Of a stretch of 24,321 bases of DNA, positions 14,832 through 24,321 are shown piece after piece. Position 1 is the first letter of the stretch, and every line of letters starts with the position of its first letter. The stretch lies in the IMG/VR virus record IMGVR_UViG_3300037961_001274, positions 1 to 24,321 of that record; one strand, written 5' to 3'. The stretch comes from a virus. Taxonomy: Duplodnaviria; Caudoviricetes. The position numbers and the translations under genes are program-made. The notes under the pieces are model-generated. The model did no database searches and was not told where the DNA came from. It saw only the letters and a list, made by a program, of their open reading frames with translations.

Positions 14832-16346
14832 ATGATAAGAGACTGGTGGTGGAAGGACAAAAAAATGTTAGCCTTATGGCACAAAGTCCATAACATGACA
14901 GATGAAGAGTTTAGCAATTTTGATAAAAAAATTAAAGCAGAGTTGCTGTACTGGTATGGCAACCTTTTTTTCTTTCGTCCATACCCTGCGCAAAAGCCTA
15001 TTGTTGACGATAATAACTTTAGTGTGTATGTACACGGTAATAATTCTAGTGGTAAGTCATATTGCAGTGCTGCTGTTACAGCTTACAATGTAATAGGATG
15101 GCATCCACAATATGAAATACAGAAACCAAAATATGGTAACAGAATTATATGGGCGTTTAGTCCTTCTTTTGATATTCAAAGGACGTCTAGTCAGGTTCAC
15201 CTTTTTTCTACTGATACGCCTAATGACATAGGGTTGTTACCGTCAATAGAAAGTATAGAGAAACGTGGTGGTAAAGTAGCATGGGGTAAGAACAGATGTC
15301 TTGACTTTGTAAAATTTTGGGATGGGACAATATTAGAATTTAAGTCAGCAGAAATGAAGACACAGAACTTACAGGCTTCTGGTATTGATTTTTGTTGGTT
15401 TGACGAATGTCCGCCACAAAATATGCATGATGAGATATTAGCTAGGCTACTAAGGAAGTCTGGCAAAATGATTATGAGTTTTATTGTAGAAGACGCAACA
15501 AGCAACTATATACCACAAGATATATACAAACGACAAGAAGAAGACAAAGACACCAGTTTTCATTTTATAGACGTGTACGATAATTTATCTCTAGAGAAAG
15601 AAGAGATAGAAAGGTACAAAAAACGATTTACAGAAACTGCAATGCATTGGAGGTTTAGTGAAGGTGGTAAGTTTCAACTGCAACCTAAAGGACCAATAGT
15701 ATATCCAGACTTTAATGAAATGCATGTAGCAGATAATCTGACAGAACAATACGACCCATTACGTACAGCTTGGAGAGCATGGGATTTAGGTTATACAAGA
15801 CCAGCATGTGTAATATTTCAAGTTGACAAAGTAGGACGTAAGAATGTACTTATGGCAGTTCTTGGTAAAAATATACAACTTACAGATTTTATAGACCAAG
15901 TTACTGCTCAACAAACAGAAGCATTTCCTAAATTGTTAAACACAATGGATTTGTTACCACACGATGCAAACAGAAAGTATGATGTATCTCCTAACACAAG
16001 TGCAATGATATTTGAAAATAAAGGATTGCAAACAGACGTAGTATACGTTAAACGAGATACCAGTGTAGTGTTAGCTAATGAAGAATTAAAAATGTTAGCT
16101 GAAGGTATACCAAGAATTCAAATAGATTCTAAACACGCACAGTTACTCTGTGAAACATTGTCTAATTATACAAGAGACGAAAATGGTATACCAAAACGAG
16201 ATAAATATTATGAACACATATCTGATGCATTTAAATTAGGATTGTACTATATTTCTAAACGATTAGTTAATACAGACGACATTCCAATAAATGAACCAGA
16301 ATATTTTGATATGCAGTTCGGAGAAAAAGGCAGGACATTAAATTGA
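14832..16346 (+). CDS. terL: Terminase large subunit
   Basis: Walker A GNNSSGKS, Walker B WFDE, nuclease motifs AWDLG and HISDA; start ATG 14832 or TTG 14817. Confidence 0.93.
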   Translation: MIRDWWWKDKKMLALWHKVHNMTDEEFSNFDKKIKAELLYWYGNLFFFRPYPAQKPIVDDNNFSVYVHGNNSSGKSYCSAAVTAYNVIGWHPQYEIQKPKYGNRIIWAFSPSFDIQRTSSQVHLFSTDTPNDIGLLPSIESIEKRGGKVAWGKNRCLDFVKFWDGTILEFKSAEMKTQNLQASGIDFCWFDECPPQNMHDEILARLLRKSGKMIMSFIVEDATSNYIPQDIYKRQEEDKDTSFHFIDVYDNLSLEKEEIERYKKRFTETAMHWRFSEGGKFQLQPKGPIVYPDFNEMHVADNLTEQYDPLRTAWRAWDLGYTRPACVIFQVDKVGRKNVLMAVLGKNIQLTDFIDQVTAQQTEAFPKLLNTMDLLPHDANRKYDVSPNTSAMIFENKGLQTDVVYVKRDTSVVLANEELKMLAEGIPRIQIDSKHAQLLCETLSNYTRDENGIPKRDKYYEHISDAFKLGLYYISKRLVNTDDIPINEPEYFDMQFGEKGRTLN

Positions 16347-18082
16347 GTGTAAAACCAGAAATAATATTAAGTTTTTTCAACTACATAAAAAATCAAGCCG
16401 AACCAGTGTTTACACAAAACTCACAAGAGTGGCGTGAGAACATGCGTTTTTATATGGATGAATATAACTTTGACAATAAATTAGATTGGCAAACAAAGAT
16501 AAAAGACCCAGTAGTTGATAACTTAGTTGTTAGATTATCTAACTTCTTTGTCCGTATCTTAATGGCAACTGACAATAAATATTTTACTATAGAACATCCT
16601 AATAAAGGTTATCAGAGTGCGTTAAATAAATTATTACAACAAGTGTTAGCAAACAATAAGTTTCCGTTAATCTTTGGCGATGCGTTAAAATTTTCTTTGT
16701 TAACAAGTCCTTATTATACAAAAATTAGATATACATACGATGAGCAAACTTATCCAAGAGTAAATGAAGGTAGTGGCGAAATAGAAGAGCAAACCGATAT
16801 TATGGGTAAGACTACAGTATCTGCTGTAAATCCATTTAACATTATGCTAGACCCTAATGGTGACAGTTATATTATAGAAATGAAAACTGTTAGTTTAGCT
16901 GACTATGAAAGATTGGCTAGAGTTAATGGTTGGACCAATACAAACAAAGTAATACGAAGCATGATGTATAAGGGAGACCAAGAAGAAAATCATTTATCAC
17001 AAGTTAAACTATGTTATGTATATGCAAAATATATTTCAGACAAACGTGGAGCTGTGTTAGACCGTAATGTACATTTTATTATAGCAGGTGATAACACAGT
17101 TGTTTATTATGGTAAAAACAATTTACCAAATGGTAGATTCCCATATATATGTGGATTCCCAATGAAAGTTTTACAAGGACGTTATGGTAGAGGCTATATA
17201 TCAAAATTAAGAAGTCTACTATCGTCTTATGTAGAAAGTATGAATTTATTATTAGATGCATTTCGTATGTCTACATTAGGAGTATACGAATTAGTTTCTA
17301 CAAACGTAGAAAGTGGTAAAGCTCATTTGTTTGGCTCTATTACTCCAGGACGTTTATATCCTGTAACTGCACCTAATACAATTAATCAAGTATATAATCA
17401 AAACTTAAACCCTAATGCAACAAATTTATTATTTGTTATAGACAGACTAATACAAAATAGGTCATTTCAAAACGAGTTCTTTCAAGGACAACCAACAAGT
17501 AAAGGAAGACCTACAGCACAAGAAATAAGTCAGAAGACCCAAGAGACAGCTAGCTTTTTTACTGATATTGCTAGTGAGATAGAACGTAGTATTATCGAAC
17601 CCTCCTTGGAAATGATACTTCACACAGAGTTAATTTACATTGACGATGTATCGCATGAACCTATGTATTCGCAAGACGAAGACAACCCGATAAAATTATT
17701 ACTTGGACTATCTTTCAATGAACGTATGAATATCATTAGAGAAGCTAGAATTACAGTAAGAGGTATATCTGGCAAAGTTCTTAAAATGACAAACTTTAAC
17801 AAACTTATGCAAATTGTAAATGTAATTGGTAATATGCCGCAAGTTGCAGCAGCGATTGACCCAATTAAATTTGTAGAAAGAATCTTCGAGTCATTCGATG
17901 AATTACCTGAAGACATCCTAAACATGGATATGTTGAGACAACAACAACAACAAACAGCTAACCCAATGCAACAACAAGACCCAATGGCAAATCCAACACA
18001 AGCCAATGGTCAACCACAAATGTCACCCGAAGAAATGATGGAGGTATTAAACAATGTCAGAAGAGACGACACCAACCAATAG
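16343..18082 (+). CDS. Portal protein
   Basis: 579 aa directly after TerL; VNPFNIMLDP, YGRGY and RPTAQEI segments typical of podovirus-type portals; Q/P-rich tail. Confidence 0.85.
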   Translation: MSVKPEIILSFFNYIKNQAEPVFTQNSQEWRENMRFYMDEYNFDNKLDWQTKIKDPVVDNLVVRLSNFFVRILMATDNKYFTIEHPNKGYQSALNKLLQQVLANNKFPLIFGDALKFSLLTSPYYTKIRYTYDEQTYPRVNEGSGEIEEQTDIMGKTTVSAVNPFNIMLDPNGDSYIIEMKTVSLADYERLARVNGWTNTNKVIRSMMYKGDQEENHLSQVKLCYVYAKYISDKRGAVLDRNVHFIIAGDNTVVYYGKNNLPNGRFPYICGFPMKVLQGRYGRGYISKLRSLLSSYVESMNLLLDAFRMSTLGVYELVSTNVESGKAHLFGSITPGRLYPVTAPNTINQVYNQNLNPNATNLLFVIDRLIQNRSFQNEFFQGQPTSKGRPTAQEISQKTQETASFFTDIASEIERSIIEPSLEMILHTELIYIDDVSHEPMYSQDEDNPIKLLLGLSFNERMNIIREARITVRGISGKVLKMTNFNKLMQIVNVIGNMPQVAAAIDPIKFVERIFESFDELPEDILNMDMLRQQQQQTANPMQQQDPMANPTQANGQPQMSPEEMMEVLNNVRRDDTNQ

Positions 18083-18581
18083 TGATGACGTAAGAGTAAA
18101 TATTACTGCTAAAGACGCAGCAGCGAGATTAACTCCACCGGGTGTAGATATGTCTAAGATGTCACCAGAACAACAAATGGAATTAACATCTAACATGGTA
18201 CAAGCATCCACATTGCATGAAAAATATGTAGCAAATATGTCGCCTGACGAGGTAGAGGTATTTGATGCATTATTACTTGCAACACCGCAAGATGCTCCGG
18301 TAAAAGAAAGATTTACTTCAGCACTAGACAAATTTAATAAAGTTAGAAATAAAGAAGAAAAACAAGAAGAGACAAAAGAAGAGGAAGTAGAGAAGACAGA
18401 AACTGCCAAAGTTGCACCGAAAGGTGAAATGGATGTAGCGGGAAGTCCTTCTCCTACACCTGATGGAAATTTATTGTCACCAGAAAATGACGCTCCTTTA
18501 GGAGACGACAATGATTATTTTAGGTTTCTAGAGAAACGTTATAGACAACAAACAACCATTAGAAGAAAACAAAATAATTAA
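18054..18581 (+). CDS. Putative capsid scaffolding protein
   Basis: Acidic low-complexity protein between portal and capsid; SD GGAGGT. Confidence 0.65.
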   Translation: MSEETTPTNSDDVRVNITAKDAAARLTPPGVDMSKMSPEQQMELTSNMVQASTLHEKYVANMSPDEVEVFDALLLATPQDAPVKERFTSALDKFNKVRNKEEKQEETKEEEVEKTETAKVAPKGEMDVAGSPSPTPDGNLLSPENDAPLGDDNDYFRFLEKRYRQQTTIRRKQNN

Positions 18582-18599
18582 TAAAGGAGGTTATTGATT

Positions 18600-19544
18600 A
18601 TGCCACAAGGAGCTATAAGCTACTTAAACGAAGAGGCTAGACTTGCTAAAATCAAAATTGATTCTGATATCAGATTTCAAGCTGGTAACATGATGCAGTT
18701 TAGAACGCTGTCTAAGCCAATTCAATCATATGGTAAAAACAAAGGTTCACAAGTTGAAATCGAAAAGTATCAAAAACTTGGTACTGCAACTGGTACAATT
18801 TCTGAACTACAGTCATTACCTATGCAAAAACCAAATGTTGGTTTCGTAGTTGCTACAGTAAATGAATATGGTAACGGTGTATCTTACACTAGAAAAGCAC
18901 AAACACTTGCGGAATACTCTGTTGATGAAACACTCAAAAAAATATTAAGTATGAACGTTGCTGAATCTATGGATAAGATTGCTGGTACTGAATTCCAGAA
19001 CGCTGATGTATTCTATACACCAACATCAAGCTCTGCAGGAACATTAGATAAAGATGGAACTGTAAGCACAGGAGCAGGAGCTAGTATTACTTCTGCACAC
19101 ATAAGAGACCTTATCAGAAATCTTAAAACTGATAATGTACCAAAATATGATGGGAACAATTACTTAGGTGTGTTCTCACCATTTGCAATGGCAAAACTAT
19201 TTGAAGATACTGCAAGCGGAAGCATTGTAGACTTACACAAATATGACCAACCAGAATCGTTAATTAACGGTGAAATTGGTCAATACTTTGGAATGAGAAT
19301 GGTAGAAGAGAACAATGTTCTTTCTAACACAATCGGTGGGTCATCACACAATGGTGAAGCAATTATCTTAGGATTCGAGCCAGTAGTAGAGGTGCTTGCA
19401 CAAGCAGAATCTACTATGATAGAATCTTGGGACTTTGGTAGATTCACAGGTGTTGCCTGGAACGCACTGACAGGGTTCAAAAAAGTTTGGACTAATTCAA
19501 CTGACGGTGAATATCATTTAGTTAGAATTCATTCTAACGACTAG
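18600..19544 (+). CDS. Major capsid protein (N4 gp56-like)
   Basis: SD AAGGAGG; position and size; EYGNGVSYT...AESMD, YLGVFSP and GEIGQYFGMRMVE HK97-fold segments. Confidence 0.85.
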   Translation: MPQGAISYLNEEARLAKIKIDSDIRFQAGNMMQFRTLSKPIQSYGKNKGSQVEIEKYQKLGTATGTISELQSLPMQKPNVGFVVATVNEYGNGVSYTRKAQTLAEYSVDETLKKILSMNVAESMDKIAGTEFQNADVFYTPTSSSAGTLDKDGTVSTGAGASITSAHIRDLIRNLKTDNVPKYDGNNYLGVFSPFAMAKLFEDTASGSIVDLHKYDQPESLINGEIGQYFGMRMVEENNVLSNTIGGSSHNGEAIILGFEPVVEVLAQAESTMIESWDFGRFTGVAWNALTGFKKVWTNSTDGEYHLVRIHSND

Positions 19545-19557
19545 GAGGTAAATAAAG

Positions 19558-19965
19558 ATGGCTTTTAATAGTAAAGTAAATGCTATGATAATTCCAGTAT
19601 CAGCTAACCTTGACGGTTCAGTTGGTGATGATTTTACCTTCAAAGTGAATCATCCTATGGTTATCCATAGATTTGAATTTATCGTACAAACTGCAGTTGT
19701 AGCTACATCTACTGACCCAGTAGTATCATTAGATTTTACTGACACAGTAGGCAGCGTATCTAGAGCTGAAAAAGTAACACTAACAATTCCAAACACTACA
19801 GCAGCTGGTGTAACAATAGAAGCGGATTTAACTCCGTTCTTTGTACAAGACACTGACATCTTACATTTCGAAAGAAAAGTACAAGGTGCTGGTGGCTCAA
19901 CAGCTGGTGACGGATATTATCTTGTATATTACGAGTTAATTCCTGACGGTAATGGAGTTGCCTAA
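19558..19965 (+). CDS. Putative capsid decoration/virion protein
   Basis: Strong SD; beta-rich composition; immediately after the major capsid gene. Confidence 0.5.
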   Translation: MAFNSKVNAMIIPVSANLDGSVGDDFTFKVNHPMVIHRFEFIVQTAVVATSTDPVVSLDFTDTVGSVSRAEKVTLTIPNTTAAGVTIEADLTPFFVQDTDILHFERKVQGAGGSTAGDGYYLVYYELIPDGNGVA

Positions 19966-20442
19966 ATGTGGTATAGAGTTCACTTAAACAGAGTGCACTT
20001 TAATCCATTGGACAAAGAGGGCAGGATTTGTAGAGTCTTGTCCTCTGGTCCTACATTTAATTGCATGACGGAATCAGATTTAGAATTAGAATTATTATAT
20101 CTATTAGCAGAACCGAATTCAGAGCTTATGCAATTTGTTAGGTCATGGACCGAACAAGATAACGCTTGGTATCAATTAGTATTTACTAAATTATCTAACG
20201 CTAGTAGAGCAGGATTTACTGGCAATAAAAAAGTATTTAGTTATATGGGATATACATTATGTCAAAGAATAAAAGACCATATTATATTTGAAACTAAATA
20301 TATGAACATAGGTAGTCTTAGTGATTACAACATAGGAGCAAACCGAGACGTAAGAGAAGAAGTTAGAAATACAAATAACTATAAAATACCTGGTGGAGAA
20401 AAAGTTAAGAAAGACTGGGTAGAAGCAAATGGTGGTAAATAA
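19966..20442 (+). CDS. Hypothetical protein
   Basis: 158 aa; start abuts the previous stop; no motif recognised. Confidence 0.65.
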   Translation: MWYRVHLNRVHFNPLDKEGRICRVLSSGPTFNCMTESDLELELLYLLAEPNSELMQFVRSWTEQDNAWYQLVFTKLSNASRAGFTGNKKVFSYMGYTLCQRIKDHIIFETKYMNIGSLSDYNIGANRDVREEVRNTNNYKIPGGEKVKKDWVEANGGK

Positions 20443-21206
20443 TGCGTAGTGAATTAAATTATGATAGAAGTAATGTACGTACTAAAGTAAAAAGTATTAT
20501 TGGTAGAAATTTTACTGGTATTGATACTGTTATAAATGATTTAATTAATATAGCTGTAGAGCTATTCGGTAATACAATTCAATCAGTATATGATGAGTTT
20601 GTATATACACATACAATTTCTAGTAGTGAAGTATCTGCAAAAACAGATGAGTACAATTTACCAAATAGAACTAAAGTTATATTAGATGCATACTACATAG
20701 ATGTGTCTGGTAATGAAGAAGTTTATTATCCATTACATATTAGGTCACCTATTGATTTTAATGAATCATCAACACAACAATTAGGTACTACATATGGAAG
20801 AGCTAGTTTTGATTATGGCACAGATACAATTAAGTTTGGACCTGGTTATCAATCATCACGTAGTACACGAGCTGACATGACAGGCATACCACAATTAGCT
20901 TACAGAGTTAATAATGCTTTACATGTATATCCAAGACCAGGAAGTTCAGAACAAGATAATAAAATTAGACTTATGCTAGGATTATTTCCAGCAGATTTAC
21001 AATCGGATAGTGATAAAAATAGTATTACAAAAAGCTATCCACAAGCATTAATAACATATACATCAGCATTATTCTGGGGGTTACATTTGAATGATGCACA
21101 AAGAGCACAGCAATATTTAACAACAGCACAGTTGTTATTATCAAGTTTTGCAAGACAAGACGAAATAAATAAATTAGTAAACGTAACATTAAAGTTACCT
21201 AATTAG
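20442..21206 (+). CDS. Putative head-tail adaptor/tail tubular protein
   Basis: INDLINIA...YNLP...GIPQLAY...LHVYPRP pattern typical of podovirus adaptors. Confidence 0.6.
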   Translation: MRSELNYDRSNVRTKVKSIIGRNFTGIDTVINDLINIAVELFGNTIQSVYDEFVYTHTISSSEVSAKTDEYNLPNRTKVILDAYYIDVSGNEEVYYPLHIRSPIDFNESSTQQLGTTYGRASFDYGTDTIKFGPGYQSSRSTRADMTGIPQLAYRVNNALHVYPRPGSSEQDNKIRLMLGLFPADLQSDSDKNSITKSYPQALITYTSALFWGLHLNDAQRAQQYLTTAQLLLSSFARQDEINKLVNVTLKLPN

Positions 21207-21214
21207 GAGGACAC

Positions 21215-21616
21215 ATGGCAAACGCAATATATCCAAAAGCTAAAGAAGCATTTTTATCTGGTGCTATCAATATGACATCAGATACAATTAAGATTGCTTT
21301 AGTAGATACAGGAACATACACATATAGTGCATCACATGAACATTATGATGATTTATCAGGAGTGTTGGGTACACCAGTAGCACTAGGAAGTAAAACTGTA
21401 ACATCAGGTGTGTTTGATGCAGCAGATGCTACATTCACTACACCAACTGCTGGTACAAGTATTGAAGCATTAGTTATTTACAAAGACACGGGTACAGCAT
21501 CTACAAGTGATTTAATTGCATACATTGATACAGGTACAGGGTTACCTTTTACATCAAACGGAGCAGACGTAGATATAGTCTTTGATTCAGGTTCAAACAA
21601 AATTTTTGCATTATGA
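21215..21616 (+). CDS. Virion structural (tail-associated) protein
   Basis: SD AGGAGG; DTIKIALV...FDAAD...LVIYKDTG...LIAYID recalled as a conserved phage family. Confidence 0.65.
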   Translation: MANAIYPKAKEAFLSGAINMTSDTIKIALVDTGTYTYSASHEHYDDLSGVLGTPVALGSKTVTSGVFDAADATFTTPTAGTSIEALVIYKDTGTASTSDLIAYIDTGTGLPFTSNGADVDIVFDSGSNKIFAL

Positions 21617-21810
21617 GAAAGTTTAAGAAAGTACCAAAGACAAAAGGCGGAGTACCTAAGAAGTATGTTGCAGGTACTAAAAATCCATCAGCTCGTGAAC
21701 GTGAAATAAAAAACACAAGAGCTAAATACAAAGCAGGAAAATTAAGTGTTGCTGAGATGGATAGGATAAGTAAAGCAAGAGCAAAAGACAGGAGGAAAAA
21801 ACGTGCCTAG
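21613..21810 (+). CDS. Small basic protein (VPKKY motif)
   Basis: ATGA coupling; Lys/Arg-rich. Confidence 0.7.
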   Translation: MRKFKKVPKTKGGVPKKYVAGTKNPSAREREIKNTRAKYKAGKLSVAEMDRISKARAKDRRKKRA

Positions 21811-22060
21811 TTATAAAGGAGTGCCTGGAGCAAGTAGATTTTCCAAAAGTACATTAGACAAAGTGTATAAACGTGGAATGGGTGCTTATTACAGTTCAGG
21901 TTCTAGAAATGTATCAGCTCATGCGTGGGCTATGGGTAGAGTAAAAAGTTTTGTATCAGGTAAAGGTGGTGCAAGAAAAGCAGATAAAGATTTGTTAGGA
22001 GGTAAAAAGAAAGTTGCCAAAACTAACAAAAAGACAAGAAGCAGCACTAAAAAAGCATAG
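21803..22060 (+). CDS. Small basic protein, DUF5824-like
   Basis: VYKRGMGAY...AWAMGRVKSF; GTG start with SD AGGAGG; family assignment from memory. Confidence 0.65.
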   Translation: MPSYKGVPGASRFSKSTLDKVYKRGMGAYYSSGSRNVSAHAWAMGRVKSFVSGKGGARKADKDLLGGKKKVAKTNKKTRSSTKKA

Positions 22061-22163
22061 TGTGCATCACACAAAATCAGTGCTAGCAAAGATGAGGAGA
22101 CAGATGGAGCGAGGTATGAGTTTTACACAAGCACACAAGAATGCTCCTAAGAAAAAAGTATGA
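22014..22163 (+). CDS. 49-aa basic His-containing protein (not in ORF track)
   Basis: TTG start, SD AGGAGGT; PKLTKRQEAALKKHSVHHTK...GMSFTQAHK. Confidence 0.7.
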   Translation: MPKLTKRQEAALKKHSVHHTKSVLAKMRRQMERGMSFTQAHKNAPKKKV

Positions 22164-22291
22164 GAAAAGGATTATATGCAAACATACATGCCAAGCGTAA
22201 ACGTGGTGAAAAGATGAGAAAGAAAGGTGCAAAAGGTGCACCTACAGCACAACAGTTTGCTAGAGCTAAACAAACAGCGAGGAAAAAATGA
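22160..22291 (+). CDS. 43-aa basic protein (not in ORF track)
   Basis: ATGA-coupled at both ends; MRKGLYANIHAKRKRGEKMRKKGAKGAPT... Confidence 0.75.
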   Translation: MRKGLYANIHAKRKRGEKMRKKGAKGAPTAQQFARAKQTARKK

Positions 22292-23322
22292 GTATAGCAG
22301 GAAGTTTAACAGACGCTATAAATTTCAGATATGTGTTTACTATTAGTGGTACTCCTACAACTGTTAGTGGTGCAGATGATAATAGTAAAACTTTAGCTTA
22401 CAATGTAGGTTTCGTAGATGTATATCTTAATGGTGTAAAACAAGTAGTGGGTACAGACGTAACAGCTACATCAGGTAGTACTCTTGTATTTGCTAGTGCA
22501 CTTGCAGCTAATGATATAGTAGAAGCTGTAACTTTTGATACGTTTACTTCTGCTACTGCAGCTATAGTTGGCACACGTTCAGAATTTAATTATGTAATAA
22601 GTGGTACACCTACTACAGTAAGTGGAGCTGATGCAGGTGGTAGCACATTATCTTATACAGCGGGATTAGTAGATGTATTCTTAAATGGAGTACGTATGAA
22701 AGTAGGTACTGATGTTACAGCAACTAATGGTACTGAAGTAGTATTTGCTAGTTCATTAGTAGCAGGAGATTTAGTAGATATTGTAGCACATCAAAATTTT
22801 AGTATAGCTAATCTACCTGCTAGTTCTATAGGTTCTGGTACATTGTCTAATGATAGACTACCTACTGGTACTATACTACAAGTTGTAAATTCAATTAAGA
22901 CGGATACATTAGCTAGTGCAGGTGCAGGAGCATGGAATGATACTGGGGTATCTGCAGCAATTACACCTAGAAGCACATCATCCAAAATTGTAGTTAACGT
23001 AAATATCTCTGGAGCTCATAACAGTTCAAATACATGGTTTAAGGTTTTAAGAGGTTCAACTGATTTAGGTTTAGGTGATGCAGGTAGTTCAAGACTGCAA
23101 TGTACCTTTGGAAATGTTTATACATTTGGTGATTCTAATATTATGAAAACACATAGTTTTCAACTGTTAGATTCACCATCAAGCACATCAGAATTAACTT
23201 ATAAAGTTCAAGCAAGAAGTAATGGTGGCACATACTACATTAACAGAAGTGTAAATGATACAGATAGTGTAGACCATGGAAGAGCATCATCATCAATAAC
23301 ATTAATGGAGGTTCAAGGATAA
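22288..23322 (+). CDS. Tail fibre/spike-like protein with two N-terminal repeats and a C-terminal ILQV domain
   Basis: ISGTPTTVSGAD...VDV(Y/F)LNGV...GTDVTAT duplicated at an 85-aa offset; Ser/Thr/Gly-rich. Confidence 0.7.
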   Translation: MSIAGSLTDAINFRYVFTISGTPTTVSGADDNSKTLAYNVGFVDVYLNGVKQVVGTDVTATSGSTLVFASALAANDIVEAVTFDTFTSATAAIVGTRSEFNYVISGTPTTVSGADAGGSTLSYTAGLVDVFLNGVRMKVGTDVTATNGTEVVFASSLVAGDLVDIVAHQNFSIANLPASSIGSGTLSNDRLPTGTILQVVNSIKTDTLASAGAGAWNDTGVSAAITPRSTSSKIVVNVNISGAHNSSNTWFKVLRGSTDLGLGDAGSSRLQCTFGNVYTFGDSNIMKTHSFQLLDSPSSTSELTYKVQARSNGGTYYINRSVNDTDSVDHGRASSSITLMEVQG

Positions 23323-23624
23323 TGGACATAATATCAGCAATTTTAGCTCTAGACCCAAATGCAGAAGTAAGTGTAAGTGGCGAAAGTTTAGACGGTATTA
23401 TATGGCATGACGGTAATCCTAATAACATTACCAATGACCAGATAACTGCAAAACAAGCAGAGTTAAAAACAGCTTATGACAATAATAAATATCAAAGGGA
23501 TAGGCAACTAGCTTACTTAAAAGATGTAGGTAGTTGGGAAGAACAGTTAGATATGATATACCATGATATAGATAATTGGAAAGCTGAAATTAAAAAAGTA
23601 AAAGACAAATATCCAAAGGGGTAA
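23322..23624 (+). CDS. Putative tail fibre assembly chaperone-like protein
   Basis: YQRDR...EQLDMIYHD...VKDKYPK; follows the fibre gene. Confidence 0.55.
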   Translation: MDIISAILALDPNAEVSVSGESLDGIIWHDGNPNNITNDQITAKQAELKTAYDNNKYQRDRQLAYLKDVGSWEEQLDMIYHDIDNWKAEIKKVKDKYPKG

Positions 23625-23627
23625 TAT

Positions 23628-24161
23628 ATGGGTAGACGTAGAGATTTAGGTACATATGAAGGCAGAATACTACAAGTACAAAGCATGAAGTATACACAAA
23701 AGTTTGCTTCATCTTCAACTTCATCATTAGTTGATGTAAGTAACTTTAACAAAGTTTTTACGCCAAAATCAGCATCTTCAACTATGATAATTTATGTTGG
23801 AATATCTATAGGTGGTGAAAATGATGCTTACCCATATTTTGATTTAAGAAGAACACAAGGTGGAGTTAATACTGATGGTATTGGAGCTGGAACAATCGCT
23901 ACAGGAAATCAAGCAAACTGTTTAATGAGTGGTGATTTTACAGCATTAAGTTCAATGCAATATAGAAAACATTTATTCAGCAGAATGGTAACAGATACAC
24001 CAGGAAGTGCAGCTGAAATAACTTATCAAGTAAGATGTGCAAATCCTTACACAGCTGGTAGTACAGGTGTTGTAAGAGTAAATTTTGCATCTAATGATGG
24101 TAATAATCTCTTTGTCCAATATGCAGCAGGTGATTTAGTAATCTATGAGGTAGCAACATAA
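23628..24161 (+). CDS. Stand-alone ILQV-domain tail-associated protein
   Basis: GRILQV...TPKSASS...ITYQV...IYEVA; paralogous to the C-terminus of 22288..23322. Confidence 0.65.
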   Translation: MGRRRDLGTYEGRILQVQSMKYTQKFASSSTSSLVDVSNFNKVFTPKSASSTMIIYVGISIGGENDAYPYFDLRRTQGGVNTDGIGAGTIATGNQANCLMSGDFTALSSMQYRKHLFSRMVTDTPGSAAEITYQVRCANPYTAGSTGVVRVNFASNDGNNLFVQYAAGDLVIYEVAT

Positions 24162-24321
24162 TGAGTAAAGCAAGAGAGTTAGCAACATACGCAGGTAAAA
24201 TATTACAAGTTCAATCAACTATTAAGACTGATACCTTTAGCACAACGTCTGGTTCAGTAACTGATATAACAGGCTTGAGTGTATCAATTACACCAGCATC
24301 AACTTCTAATAAAGTTCTCGT
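24161..24321 (+). CDS. Third ILQV-domain protein, truncated by the window edge
   Basis: MSKARELATYAGKILQVQSTIKTDTFSTTSGSVTDITGLSVSITPASTSNKVL. Confidence 0.7.
   Translation, partial: MSKARELATYAGKILQVQSTIKTDTFSTTSGSVTDITGLSVSITPASTSNKVL

Noticed and set aside
17939-18020. CAA microsatellite and Q/P/M repeats
   Set aside because: In-frame low-complexity portal tail, common in portal proteins.
18437-18446. AGCGGGAAGT half-site in the scaffold gene (also AGCGGGA near 22659)
   Set aside because: The second arm is missing and both lie in coding sequence; compatible with chance.
19520-19560. Programmed frameshift extending the major capsid protein
   Set aside because: No slippery heptamer near the stop, and the next gene has its own strong SD.
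13891-23752. Minus-strand ORFs opposite late genes (e.g. 13891, 15197, 17635, 18047, 19280) and plus-strand 14902..15093
   Set aside because: Antisense shadows or nested alternative frames without supporting signals.

Overview
AT-rich (roughly one-third GC by eye) fragment of a tailed dsDNA phage, probably with a Gram-negative host given a spanin-like lipoprotein pair. It has two divergent arms. The leftward arm (about 12.7 kb down to 0.56 kb) carries an isolated basic-protein gene, about 18 small early ORFs and a replication module: SF4 helicase, PD-(D/E)XK endonuclease, CHC2/TOPRIM primase, family A polymerase with an N-terminal UDG-like domain, SSB-like protein, Cas4-like exonuclease and Hjc-like resolvase. 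The rightward arm (13.1 kb to the end) carries sigma/HTH-like genes, small basic proteins, the spanin-like pair, TerL, portal, scaffold, major capsid and tail genes. I saw no integrase, RNA polymerase, tRNA or CRISPR array. The most unusual signals are non-coding: six copies of a GC-rich 17-bp palindrome (AGCGGGA-N3-TCCCGCT) confined to the leftward arm; a GTGAGTAAG(TTAG) motif placed in inverted pairs around both leftward transcription units; two GNRA-capped nested RNA hairpins; an ACTAGT array; and apparent absence of GATC and GGCC. All protein calls rest on motifs recognised by eye, not on database searches.
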